64,000 nucleotides of DNA from Moniliella sp. 'wahieum' (lineage: Eukaryota), in the NCBI GenBank assembly GCA_003971905.1, contig RSEE01000070.1:248001-312000 (forward strand). Direction: 5' to 3'. The notes under the pieces are model-generated. The model had not been told where the DNA came from. It searched no databases and saw nothing but the letters and a program-made list of their open reading frames with translations. Every line of letters begins with the position of its first letter. Within the stretch, counting starts at the first letter, position 1. Below, piece after piece: positions 1-12,453 of this stretch. The translations under genes and the position numbers were made by a program.

Positions 1-389
1 TTTGGGGTGGAACGAGTTCATTGCGGTCTTGCGCAACCCCATTTACACCCTCTTCCTCATCGTGGCCGCCCTTGGCGCGTTTGTTGTGCATCGTTTGGGG
101 CTTGAGGGCCCGCTGATGCAGGTCATCACCACTGTGGTCAAAGAGGTGCACACCTAGCTGACTCGAGCCTTCGCGCTCACTTCAGCCAACCGTGCCGGAA
201 GCCCCGCACTTGGCCAAAGCAGCCTCCTTGCCCAACTCCGGAAACGTGACTTCGCGTAGCACAGGCACATCAACGAGCCTCAATGGCACGGCGGTGATTG
301 AGCCACAGGCGCACCGGCGCTCCGCAGCAGCGCCTGCCTCGACGGAAGAGCTCGAGTTGGACACGCTGGCACGACCATCCCAGTTCTGA
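1..389 (+). CDS. SEY1: 3' end of Sey1/RHD3 ER-fusion GTPase (partial; runs off left edge)
   Basis: Frame 2 from base 2 reads LGWNEFIAVLRNPIYTLFLIVAALGAFVVHRLGLEGPLMQV, the Sey1 transmembrane-hairpin motif. There is an apparent frameshift near 155 and a probable tail ...EELELDTLARPSQF* ending at 389. Confidence 0.8.
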
Positions 390-1124
390 TCTTCTCCTCA
401 GCCGTCCGTCTGGCTCACGGTACCCAAGGCGTGGGGCAGAGAGGTGCACGATATGTTTTTTGTCTTTCGGTCTGTGGTGCTGCAGGCTGTGACCTGCCCT
501 ACTCTCCTCTCCTCTCCCGCCCGTGCTTCGCCCCCCTCTCTGTGCTGAACCAATGTTGATGTCATACCATTCTCCATATGCCCTTTCGTGTGTTGCTCTA
601 GCATTGTTTTTCGTCCTATGCTTGACCAACCCACCCCTACCTCTTTCCCAGTTGCTCCTGTTCTTTCTTGCCCTGCATCATCGGGACTGTACCTTCCTGA
701 CTCAGACCACGTACGATGAGGATGGATCGTCTTAACGCATGTGAAGTTTACTACGACTGCATTGATTTTCTTGTCCAATGCCCATGTTCTCTCACAGGGG
801 TGACGTCGAGCATGGAAAGCGGCCCACGTAAGGCGCGTTTACACTCGGGATGGCTATGCAGTTGGGCTACCTCGGACAGAATAAGCTGGGGGTGCGTTGA
901 TGCATATGGGGTTTTTTCGTACCTCGCCGTCCATTGCTTGTAGACGGGTAAGGCACTGGGGTGCATCCCACGCTGAACACCTACCATCAGGTGGGACGTC
1001 GCATAGCCCCTTGCCTCAGACAAGAGGCAAAGGAGGAGTAGACGCTCGGGAGGGAAGGGTTGAAGAACAGTAGTACAGCCTTCTCTCCAAGCTGAACAAG
1101 TGAACCAGGCGAAGGACGAAGGAT

Positions 1125-1516
1125 TTAGTTCTCCTCCGAACGCACCCGCGCATTGGCGTTGGTCACCTTGACGCCGAGCGCCTTGGCCTGCTCAAGGATC
1201 AGCACACGCTTCTTGGACGAAACGTTGTGCGCAATCTCCGCGGCGTAGGTGGTGTGTGCATCAACAGCAGACTGACGTCTTGCGGGTTGGAAACAACAAA
1301 GCGACGGAACCCGTTGGGCATCAGGTAGCGCGTCTTCTTGTTGGACCCGTACCCAATCTTGGGCATCTTGGTCACGTCGCGGAACCGGCGACGGACCACC
1401 GAGTCAATACCCTTTGGCTTGCGCCACGACGTGGCCAGACGCTTGTACCGGTCCGCATGGTGGCGCGTGAACTTCTTAGTCCGCTTCTTGACGATCGGGA
1501 TGGTGGTGGCCGCCAT
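1125..1516 (-). CDS. RPL32: 60S ribosomal protein eL32
   Basis: Reads [55 protein letters not shown]. The C-terminus [24 protein letters not shown] is in another frame (indels near 1200-1250). 5'-UTR intron 1691-1522 (GTAAGC..GACTAAC..CAG). Confidence 0.97.
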
Positions 1517-1859
1517 GGTGACTGCGACAAGCGAGCATGCAACCCAGGTTAGTCACGGCAGGAGCGAGTGAGGAGGTGGCCGCCAAGGCACAGCGCAGCG
1601 AGGGAACGCAGAGCCGGCCGAAAGGCGGGTCTGTCATGTCCAGTCCCGCCCAACCGGCCGTAGAGGAAGAATGTGGACCAGCGGAGCTTACCTGCTGTTC
1701 GCGTCTGTCGGTGGTGGGGACGACCTTCACAGCCCCCCCAGGTCAGCCCGAAGCGGAGCGGCAGCCTGGGCTGGGCTTCGGCGTGCCGCAGCACCCGCAC
1801 GAGGGCAGTTCCAAAATTCAGGCTCGGATCCGGATACACTGGCGGGTGCGGAATCAAAA

Positions 1860-1895
1860 TTAGGGTTGTGCTCGCGCCCGCCGTGTGCAACCCTA
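1860..1895. promoter_or_regulatory. Inverted pair of telobox-like motifs in the RPL32/RPL16 bidirectional promoter
   Basis: TAGGGTTG at 1861-1868 and CAACCCTA at 1888-1895, between two divergent ribosomal-protein genes. Confidence 0.55.
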
Positions 1896-2060
1896 CTGCC
1901 GCCCCGCCCCCTTCCATTGGTTGCTGCTCGTCGAGCGCACCGCGAAGGGCGTCTCGACCAAAACCGGTAGTCCCTCTCAAGGTGGGTGCAGCCTCTCGGG
2001 TTCCCTAGGGCGCAGCGCACCTACGGAAGACTAACTCTCTTTGTGTGTACAGCCGAAACC

Positions 2061-2672
2061 ATGTCGTCGATGTCTGCTTCGCCTGTTGTGATTGACGGCA
2101 AGGGCCACCTGCTCGGTCGTCTGGCCTCGGTGGTGGCCAAGCAGGCGCTCTCTGGCCAGGCCGTGGTGTCGTCGTCCGCACGGAACTCATCAACGTGTCC
2201 GGCAGCTTCTTCCGTAACAAGTTGAAGTACCACGCTTACCTGCACAAGACCCACTGCTACAACCCTTCCAAGGGTGGGCCGTGGCACGAGCGTGCGCCCT
2301 CGCGCATCCACAAGGCCATCCGGGGTATGATTCCTCACAAGACGGCGCGTGGCAAGGCGGCGCTGGCCAAGATCACTCCTGGAGGGCGTTCCTTCGCCGT
2401 ACGACGCCAAGAAGAAGGTGGTCGTGCCGGCTGCCCTGCGTGTGCTCCGCCTCAAGCCCGGCCGCAACTACGCTACCCTCAAGCGCATCTCGTCCGAGTT
2501 TGGCTGGAAGTACGAGGGCGTGGTTGCCAAGCTGGAGGAGAAGCGTCTGGTCCGTGCTGCTGCGTACCAGGAGCGCAAGGTGGCTGCCCTCAAGAAGAAG
2601 CAGGCTGCCCTGGCCGGCGCGACGGGCGCGCTGGCAGAGGTCAACCAGAAGCTGGCCGTGTACGGCTTCTAA
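2061..2672 (+). CDS. RPL16: 60S ribosomal protein uL13 (L16/L13a)
   Basis: Reads [84 protein letters not shown]. Two apparent frameshifts. 5'-UTR intron ~1982-2052 (GTGGGT..CTAAC..CAG). Confidence 0.97.
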
Positions 2673-3152
2673 AGTGGTTCGAGCTTGTGCGTGCGTGCGC
2701 CCTCGCACTGACCCATGTGCTGCCTGATGGATCGCTTGGGCTCGGTCGCTTGTGCATGCGGGGTAGGAACCGGACCTCGGTCTGTTAGGACACCCAGGAC
2801 ACGCTCTCTTCTTACTGCCCAAAACCATGGTGGCTGCCCTCTGTGTTGGAGAGGAGAGCTGCTTATGACACTGGAGAGTTCTTCTTCCGTTGGTGGAAGG
2901 CTCTCTGTTCATGTAACTCAATCCAGCGCATGCACTTGCATGCTTCTAAGGCCCACAGTGTCGTCTGGTCTGTAGTGTGTTCATATGAGTTGTCAGCCGG
3001 TCGCGAGTGGCCAGGAGAGAACCTCGTCGTAAAATTGGGGTGTAGGTCGGAGGGCACGTGTGACACAGAAGGTGAAATGTCAATGAGAGACGAAGTAGGT
3101 CCCTGTTGAAGATCTCAAGGGAAGGCCCACCAGCCCACCAACCCCCATCGCC

Positions 3153-5569
3153 ATGTCGGCGTTTCGGGCACTGAGGCAAGTGTCGGTTGCATCCAAACGG
3201 CCTCCCTTTGTCCCCTCCGCTCGCCATGTCGCATCGTGCCTGGGTTGCGCCCTTTGGCACGACCGATGGGTGCATAGCAGTCCGATTGGTCTCCGCCCTC
3301 TGAGCCACCTCGCCTTTGAGCCCCCCGCTCAGGACGGGCAACAAGGGCCTCCGGTCCAGGGGACGGGTACCTACGACATCCTATTCTGCGGCTCGGATCA
3401 CTTTGCTAGTACCGTTCTCGACTGGTTGATCAAGACGCCTTGTATGTCAGAACCCTTTTGTTTCTCCAGCGTCCGTGGAACGATGGATTGACCACCCGCG
3501 ATGCACTGCTGCCCCGCTTCCCTCGCTGGAACCCCAAGCGCTCTGGAGGTCACTTCGAACGATTGTGCCGCCTTCTTCAAAGTCTTCCCAATCTACAGGT
3601 ACGGGGGGGCTTCGTCGAGTACACACCCTGTTGCCCAACTGGCTCAAGCAGCAGGTTTGCCCTGTGCAGAAACGCCCCCGAAGGCATTGGGGACCAGTAC
3701 GACTTCCCATCGCCATTCAACACTGAGGGCTACAGAATCCAGCTTTGAATCCCATCTTGTTACTGCTTCCTTTGGCCACTTTATCCCCCCCCAACTCTTG
3801 CGCAACTTTTCCGCCCATGGCCGCGGCCGAACCCTCAACGTCCACCCGTCCTTTCTGCCCAAACTGCGCAGCGGCGCTCCCATCCCCTGGTCCATCGTCC
3901 GGAACCGCAATCAACCCAGTTTTCCGGTCCCGGACGCGTTTCCAGGAGGACCTTCGCCTCCGCTCGACTCGTGGGCTACAGTTGCCGCTGAGGGATACGG
4001 GACGGGTAAATCGGAGATCCCAGCGTATGGGGTCACGGTGCAAGAGCTCAGTCCCGATGGGTTTGACCAGGGGGCCGTATTGTACCAAGAGGCATTGGCA
4101 GGCGGGGACAGTTTGGTTCGCGTCCGTTCTTTGCCCTGTGCCGTCACGGACGAGGTATCGGATGACCAGCGTCAGCTCCTCCTCCAGCGGCAACGACGGC
4201 GCATATGGCAAGGTGTTGAAACGCGCGTTCTTCTCCCCTCCCTGGCACGCCAGACCGACCCTACGGCCGAACCTGCTCCTCAGACCCCAACGGTTTCCCT
4301 CTCGGACGAGGGAGAGGGAGTGACAGCGTACGAGCGATGGACGTACCGCAGTGCGCTACTTGCGCTGGCTCATCTTGGTGGTCGTGCATTGACCACCACA
4401 CTGCAGGATTTGCCGGGGTACCTCGCTCGCTCCGCTGCCCAGTCTCAAATCGTCCAGGATACTGGGTGTTTGCCGACCAACGCATTCAAACGCAAAGACG
4501 ATGAGCTTCACATCGACTTTACCAAGCACGATGCGGTTCAATTTGAAGCGCTCTTTCGCGCCTGGGGGTTCCACCACCAAGTGAAAACGACGCTGTACAC
4601 CGCCGAGCTCGTCTACCCCTTGGAGCGCAAGGGGCACGCACGCAAGAACCCTGTGCCGCCCGTCAAGTCCGTTTCGTTTGGGATCGGGGAACTGGATGTG
4701 GTACGAACTAGCGAGCTGGCACCCGATACTGTCGCCACACTGCAAAAGGCTTTGATGTTTAGCAACCCGGCCATGTACACGTCTGCGCCCCGCCAGACGT
4801 TTCTAAAGACTGCGTCAACGTCACCCGTCTTCGCCCGGCCGAACCGGGGGACATGATCTTTGTCCCGGACATTGCCCCCTCAGCTACGGTGCCAGCGACC
4901 GTTTTGCCTCCTGGCCCCCCGGGTGCTGAGACCGGCCGGACCGCGCGCCCTCTTTCCGTCGAACTGCAAGCTGTCTCCGCCGAACGGGCAGCAGTGGCGT
5001 TAGCCCACCGCGCTGCTCACGCCAGGGCACAGGACCAACAAGATCAACAGACGTTCGAGGCTACCGTGGCGCAGGACAAGCAGCACATTGCCTCGTTGGA
5101 AAGCGCACTGGAGCAAGCGCAGCAACAGACCACCCCATCCCCGACCCACGTTCAGCAACTCCAATCTGAGCTCAAGCAGCTCAAGGCCGCATCGAGTTTG
5201 CGCCGCAAAAAGTACCATGAAGAGCGCGCCCGGCCTGGGTTGGTAATCAAGTGCGCGCCGGCGCCATCGGGATCGAACGCCGAACCGGAATGCCAAGACG
5301 AATCGTTTTTGGTCGTGAGGCAGTACCGCTTGGGAGACGGGCGTCAGTGGCGCAGCGTCACGAACGATACCTGGAACGGCTTGTGGGAGCGAGCCGATGA
5401 ACTGCGTAGATTGAATCTCCGCAGCTGCCAACCGGTTCTCTATCCTGTTCTCCTCCGTGCGCGGGAGGAGGAACAGGCTCGTCGCTTGCGCGAACGCAGT
5501 CAGGCCAGAGCTGCCAAGGCCACGGCCAAGGCTACGGCTACGGCTACGGCCAAGACACCTTCGAATTGA
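3153..5569 (+). CDS. FMT1: Mitochondrial methionyl-tRNA formyltransferase-like protein with long insertions
   Basis: Arg/Ser/Ala-rich presequence, then YDILFCGSDHFA, LVTASFGHFIP, LNVHPSFLPKLRSGAPI and GVTVQEL..FDQGAVL (formyltransferase motifs). Intron starting GTATGT at ~3442. Frame change near 4850. Confidence 0.8.
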
Positions 5570-5775
5570 AGTGGATTTGATCTGTCTCACCTCTGTTGGC
5601 ACGATTGGAGATCTGAGACTGTTGTCTGGACGCGTTAGGACGCTCGAAAGTGCACCGAAACGCGTTCGGTGTGGGATAGACACACGACAACACGACTGAT
5701 GCATACTACAGTGGTTGTCGGCAACCTCGTTACGCGTTATCGCGCTATCATTTTCATCACCGTGTGGGTTCAACT

Positions 5776-6452
5776 AACGTTCAACGTTCAACCGGGGTTG
5801 CTCATCGCTCAAGGCAGTGTCCAGCACAGCTAACACGATAATCGATAACACGGCGAAGATGCAACCTGCTTGAGATCTCTCAGCGTGAGAATAACCGAGA
5901 GCTGACACACCGCCTTGAGAGTGGTCCCAATTCTTTGTAGCTGTTTTCCGTGACTGTCGGGGGGGTTGGTCCCACGTTTAACGTTCAGGCTCAGCCTCAG
6001 GGTTAGGATTGGTACATGGTTGTGGGGAGAAAGGCGTCTTCGACATCACACGTCACATGCGTCACATGCACACAGCAACAGAACCCCTTCGGGCCAATGC
6101 CATGCAGCGCTCATGTACTCAGTTAAACGATAACCTCTTGTCACATGTCACATGTCCCATGCCAAAGAGCCTACACCTATACCCACACTGGTTACCGGTT
6201 ACCGGATCCGGTTATCGTACTTTTGGTGCTGTGGAAGCTGGATCGTTTCGGTCATTAATCAATCAATGGTGCATTGAGTACGCCCGCCAACAGATGTCGC
6301 ACATGGACGTGATGTAGCAGAGGCGGCGCACGTGGTGCCAGAGATATCCAGCCTGCCACTTGTGCATCACCGCTATCACATGTCAAAGATGTCAAAACCA
6401 TGTCTTCTGAGATCTGAGATCCAGATTGATCCGGCGAACATCTGAGATCTGT
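5776..6452. repeat. Cluster of short 7-bp-period palindromic arrays
   Basis: AACGTTC x2 (5776-5792), ACATGTC x2 (6140-6156), GGTTACC x2 (6190-6205), TCTGAGA x2 (6406-6421) and a further AGATCT unit at ~6440-6452. Confidence 0.75.
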
Positions 6453-7610
6453 GATGGTTGGTTGACGCGTTGCCGACGTCGACGACGTTTGAAGTCGGAA
6501 GCGGTCGGAAGCCAGATGGTCGTTGTGCAACAAACCATACCCTACCGGTGACTTACCTGGCCACAGCAGTGCTGTTCGCATGGGCGGGCAAAACTGCATT
6601 TGACTTGAGCTTGATTCGATGAGGCTGGTCGACTGCCGTGGGAAACGTGTTACAAAAGACATGAAAATACGGTCCAGTTTCAAACTCGCGTCAATAAGCG
6701 ACGGACGGCAATGCTAATGACATTGTCGGCAGCGGGCAAATGCATAATGGAACTGGAACGAGACAATGAGTAATGATTGTGCGTGGGATGGAGAGAGGGA
6801 GGGTTAAGGCAGAAGGAGGTGGGAGCGGGTGCTGGGAAGGGACAGAGGCCGGAAGGGGCTGAGATGATGGCTGGACAGACAGAGGGATGGTCGATGGGAA
6901 GATGAGCAGAAGCAGGCCAGTTGAAATTGGAGAGGCGCAAGGGCGGGGTGTGGGGCGAGGGGATGGGTGATGGGATGGGTGATGCTGACAGCTGCGAGGT
7001 GCAAGGGGAAGCGAGCTGCATCGATGTGACCACTTTGGGGTTGCACCGATGCAGGCGACCTGGCCTGACCGAGTGCATTTGCCGGGGAGCTGGGCGCTGG
7101 TGCTGGCGGGAAGCACTTTACTGACAGCACGGGGGAGCACATGTGTGACTGGTGATGTGGTGACTGATCGATCAGCGCTGCATCAGCCACGCTGCGAGCT
7201 TTCTTCCCAGCATCACGCGGGGCGGATCCGCACGGGGGCGTGGGGGAAGTGTGTCGTTTGACGTGTGACTTGTGGCCGGGCGGCTTGCACACTGGCCGCG
7301 GTGGGCGTGCGCCGCGGAGGGGTGTGCATGCAGGGGGCGGCGCACTGGCGCGGTGGGAGGTGGTGCAGGGGCGGCTGCGCACTGGTACTGAGTACTGAGC
7401 TGCAGCGGCAACTGGAAGCGCCAAGCACCACCACGCACCCCAACCTCACCGCGTCCTGTGACACGTGCCACGCGGGCAGGCCGCCGCAGCTGCTCTCACC
7501 GGCGGGGACGGTGATGGGCGTGGGTGGATGCCCGCTCGCCTCCGCCTCCCCCTCGCCGCTTCTTCTCCTCGCCGCTGCCTCGGCTGCTCTCGTCTGCGTC
7601 GCCACCGCCC

Positions 7611-10600
7611 ATGCCGCCCTCCAGCCCCGCCGCCGGCACCGACATGGCCCGCATCGCCTCCGCCTCCACCGCCGCCTCCCCCCCACTCTCCAGCCCGGCG
7701 ACCCCGCCGCCGGCCCTACGTCGTCGCCCTCCACGACTTTACCTCCACCATCCCCACATGCCTCTCCTTCTCCGCCGGCCAGCGCATCCGCGTCCTCAAC
7801 TTTGACGACAGCGGCTGGTGGGACGGCGTCCTGCCCGCCCCCCCGGCCACGAGGAGCCCCGCGGCTGGTTCCCCTCCAACTATGTCGACACCAGCGGCCT
7901 GCCCCCCTCGCGCTCCAGCAGCCGCGCCGCCTCGTCCCGCCGCAGCTGGGCCGCAGCCACCAGCGACGACCAGTCGTACGAAAGCGACTATGCCACCATT
8001 GTCCGCGGGCACTTCTCCCTCCTCCGCGACGCAGACCAGGACGAGTCCTCCAACATCCTCCACACCCTCAACCACGCCATCTCCCTCCTCAATGCCGCCG
8101 TCAAGGTGCACCGCTTCAAGCATCTTCAGCCTGCCACCGCCTGCATCATCTCCAGCGTCCGCTCCATCCTCGCCGCCGCCGACTGCCTGACCCGCGACAG
8201 CCCTGCCCTCATAACAATCCCGGCCTGCGAAAGGACCGCAAGCAGATTCTCTCTGCTCTCAATCGTCGTCTCCCAGTCCCGCCGCGCATGCGCCCCTTCC
8301 TCCCCCCAGGACGATGCCCAGCGCGCGCACGAAGCGGACTACATGATCTCCCTTGCGGACGACCTGCATCAGTGCGTCACCCTCTTCCTTCACTCGGCCG
8401 CTGCAGCCGGCCTCGACATTCCCTCCAACGTCTCCCACCTGGCCGGGACCCTCGTGGCGGCCCAGAAGACAAGCCCAATCGCCTGCACCGCCTCCTTCAG
8501 CGAGGTACCGGCCCGAAAAGCATGCTGGAGCTTCGCACAAGCCAACCCGCCGAACCCGCCCAGTCGTCCCCTGTCCCCCCTGCCACACCTTTAACCCAAT
8601 CCTCCTCCCCGCCATCCCCTCCCATATCAGAGTGTTCTTCCTGCCCCACAGGCCATCACCAGTCCCACCGGCACCATGGAGCTCACTCTCCCTGTCCACT
8701 ACCCCGTCACGGAGATTCTCAAGCGCCTGAATACCGCCAACGACCACCTCTTGTCCGAGATTGCAGCGTTCATTGGCCATGCTCACGCATACTCCCCCGG
8801 GGGGACCAGCTCTACCTATCTCATCGATCGGACACGGGAGGTGGTCGATGCTGTCCGCTCCCTCTTTCTCGTGGTCGAGGCAGTACACAGCAATGAGCAA
8901 CTCCAGATGGCCAAGGCACGAGAGATGGATCTTCTGTTTGAGACGCGTGAATCGCTGTATGCCTCCACGAGCGTCCTGGTCGACGCTACGCGGGCCTTGA
9001 CGAGCGCCACTGAGCAGAATGCCGACCCCGAATCTATCCTTTGCCAGTCCAACCCCGCAAAGCGCTGAGCTTGTCCAGGCTGCCACCGGGGTCCTCCGAA
9101 CGGCGGGGAGTGCGTGGGGCGGTCAAGCTCTGTCTCGACAAGCGTGACACTACGTTGCGCATCCTCATGTACAAGACGGTACCTTACCACGAGGGGGATC
9201 CCAATGCAGGCAAGCACACCTCGCTCAGCCGTCGAGCGGCGAGCCTCAACTTGCTTTCGTCTCGCTTCCATTCCGATGGCGCCTCCACGCTCGATGGGCT
9301 GGACACGGACATTGAGTCGGACTTTGATGGCATGACGGACGGAGGAAGCACGGGCATCCTACGGGACGATAGCCACTATGGTGGGTTGGATACCTTGGAC
9401 GTTCGTCAGCGGTCTCGGTCCATTGGTGCAGCCGTACGTGGGGTCGCGGGGAGTAGCGACAATGATCCAGGCGGTCGGGCAAGAAGTGCGACTGTCGCGG
9501 GCGGTGTGGCCGCAGGTGGAGGAGGCAGCCTACGGGCCAAGCCCGTTTCTGGACGCCCCAGTGCCACTGAGGCGCTTCGGATGGGTTCGGGACATGTGGA
9601 CAAGCAGGGAGTGCATCCAGCTTGTCCTTAGCAACAGCAGTATCGAGCACAAGTGCAGGTGACCGTGGACGTCCACGACAAAGCTCGTTGGCCTCCTCCA
9701 TTGCACCATCTTGGCGCACCTCGCGGCTTCCCTTGCCATGGGGACGCGGGGGATCCGAATCCATCTCCATGGGAGGAGATGAATGCTTGGGTCCCGGCCC
9801 TGAGGGTCGCAGTCGCTCCGCCACGGGCGAGTCGGTGTTCCAGCCCGTTGTGGGGCCGGCACAAGATCTTCCCGCTTGGATGGGGCCCAGTTACGACGCG
9901 AGTGATGTCGTGTACAATGCAGACAACCACGTCATGGGCGCCACCTTGGCCTGCTTGGTGGAAAAGATGACGCCGCACGATTCGACGGTCGATCCCATGT
10001 TTGCCCAAACCTTCTTCCGTTGTTTCCGCTTCTTTGTCCGGCCATCGACTCTTCTCGCCTTGGCCGGGCGGTATGTGCTGCTGCCGCCAGAAGACTTGGA
10101 ACTGACGGAGCAGGAGCTGCAGCTATGGCATCAGCGCAAGACGTTCCCGGTCCGGTTACGCGTGATCAACTCGCTCGCACATGGCTGGAACAGTACTGGT
10201 ACCCATGGTGTGACTTTGAGATCCTAGATCCCCTCTTGGCGTTTACCGACAAGGTGGAGGAAGCGCCGCTGCAGCGCGCCATGGCGCGCGTCAAGGACCT
10301 GGCTCTTAAGCGCCGCGCCCAGGGCGCCCAGGCGGAAGCCGTCATGGTTCTCTCCGCCTCCCGTGGCGCCCATAGCTTGGCCCGCGTGATTTTCCCGTCT
10401 GATCCTGCTGCGCGGCGCGAGGCAGTGATGCAACAGCAGCTCATCGAGTTGGGCGATATGTACCGCTGAAGCGTTCCAACTGCAGCAAGGACCCGGCCAG
10501 GCCGCTCCGCCTCCACCGCCGATTCTTTCGCATAAACTGCTTCAGACGCTGCGCACGCAACCGTTTGACCGGATCGCTGTGACCGAGTTTGATCCGGCGG

Positions 10601-11798
10601 AGCTCGCTCGCCAATTTACCATCCGCGAATCCAAGCTGTTCTGTGGCATCCTCCCTGAGGAACTGTATGGGACTGAATTTGGCAAGCCAGTGGGCGAATC
10701 GCGCTCGGTTCATGTCAAGGCTCTCTCTGCGTTGAGTAACGGGATTAATACGTGGGTCACCAACCTGATCTTGGGCGAAGAGGATCCTAAGCGGCGAAGA
10801 GAGCTGCTCAAGTTCTTCATCAAGTTGGGAGATGTATGTCTTTGTCTCTGGACAGCATGGCTGTCTGCGTTGCTTGTCGTCGACTGACTGTTTGTTTGTT
10901 CCCAGCGTTGCTACCGCATGAACAACTTTGACACGCTTATGGCCATCCATAATGCCATCAACTCTTCCACCATTTTGCGCCTGACGAAGATTTGGGACGG
11001 GCTTGGGGCCAAGTACCGCGCAATGAACGATCAGCAACACCGCCTTCTTGAACTCTCGCGCAACTTTCACTCGTACCGACAAAAGATGAAACAAACTTAC
11101 CCGCCCGCGGTGCCCTACTTGGGTCTGTACCTACTGGACCTGACCTTTGTATGGGACGGCAACGCTGCCTCGCGCGCCTCGCGCGCTGACCCCGACAAGA
11201 AACTAATCAACTTTGATCGGTACGTCAAGGCGGCCCGCATCGTCTCGGAAGTACAACGATTTCAAGTCCCGTACCGGTACACGGAGGTACCAGAGATTCA
11301 AGCGTACCTCGATACCATTCTTGCCCAATCGCTTCAACCGCGACCCGGCCCCGGCCCCGCACCAGCACCCGGAGCCGGAACCAGTGTGCCCCTACCACCT
11401 CGACCGACGAACTGCTGCACAAGAGCCCGCCCACGTCCTTGGGTCCCAAACTCGGTTCCTCCTTCTCCCGCACTCGCTCCACCTCGGCAAGCCAATGGGA
11501 CGACGCGCCTCTCTCGCCCACGAGCCAAGTTAGTATGGCTAGTGGCACCACGCTCGGACAGACGTCTGCCGCATCACCTTCCCCGCCTACTGGCTCGGTG
11601 CCCCGCTCAGGACCTGTCCCTCCGCCGTTAGCAAGGTCTGCGTCGGGATTGGGATTGGGGTCAGGGTCAGGATCGGGATCGGGACTGGTACCATCCCAAC
11701 CCCCCACCCCTATCTCCCCGCCGGCGACCAATTTGACCTGGCCCGCGCGTGCTGCCTTGTTTGGGACGAGGCGCAAAGACAGCAAACCTTTTTCCTAG
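7611..11798 (+). CDS. CDC25: Cdc25-family Ras guanine-nucleotide exchange factor (SH3 - REM - RasGEF)
   Basis: SH3: YVVALHDF..CLSFSAGQRIRVLNFDDSGWWDG..RGWFPSNYV. REM: GATLACLVEKMT..TFFRCFRFF..VRLRVIN..WLEQYW. RasGEF: FDPAELARQFTIRESKLF, MNNFDTLMAIHNAINSSTILRLTKIW, PAVPYLGLYLLDLTF, LINFDRY. Intron ~10833-10905. Several frameshifts; start codon uncertain. Confidence 0.9.
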
Positions 11799-12206
11799 TG
11801 CCTTGTCCTTCTTGCCCTTTTGTCCAGGGCGCCGTCCGTCTTGTGTGCATTTGTGAGTGCAAGTGTTTGCAGGCATTTGTGAGCGTTTGCAAGCCTTTGC
11901 AAACATTTATGAGTGTTTGTGGTCATTTGGGACCCTATTGTGGTGACGTGCGTTCGCCCTTGGCTCATATCCGATTCCGCCAGCCCGCTCAGCCTATACC
12001 TTTCGCCTTCATCCCGCTCTCGCTACGTGCTTCCCCCCCCCCCCCCCCCTGCCCTTTCTGCCCTCCGGCTTTCTGCCCCCGGCTTTCTACATCGCATCCA
12101 GGGCCCGACGGCCTCTGACGAGAATGAACCTATTCCGTCACTGGCCTCCCCAGGTCTGACCAACATTGATCCTCACTCCCGCCTCTAACTACAAACGTCA
12201 CCACCA

Positions 12207-12276
12207 ACTCTGACTCTGACTGACTCTGGCTCCGACTCCGACTCCGACTCTGACTCTGACTCTCGACTTCGACTTC
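12207..12276. repeat. Imperfect hexamer microsatellite (GACTCT/GACTCC)
   Basis: Direct reading: actctgactctgac..tccgactccgactccgactctgactctgac. Confidence 0.85.
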
Positions 12277-12414
12277 GCTAGTCACTGTGACTGCTGATTC
12301 CGACCCTGCGTCCCATCTTGTGTACCGCCCATGTCATCGATCCTCGCCTTTTGGCTGTCACCTTATGATGCAGTGTGGTCTACGCTGGCCGAGCCACATT
12401 TAACCCCGAAACCA

Positions 12415-12453
12415 AACCTGGAACCTGGAACCTGGAACCTGGAACCTGGAACC
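12415..12453. repeat. Heptamer tandem repeat (AACCTGG)x5
   Basis: aacctggaacctggaacctggaacctggaacctggaacc. Confidence 0.9.

Noticed and set aside
7265..8896. 543-aa ORF and other long Pro/Arg-rich ORFs (17651-18748, 37493-38800, 26730-27851)
   Set aside because: Off-frame, antisense or UTR-spanning shadows of real genes in GC-rich DNA; no domain signal of their own.
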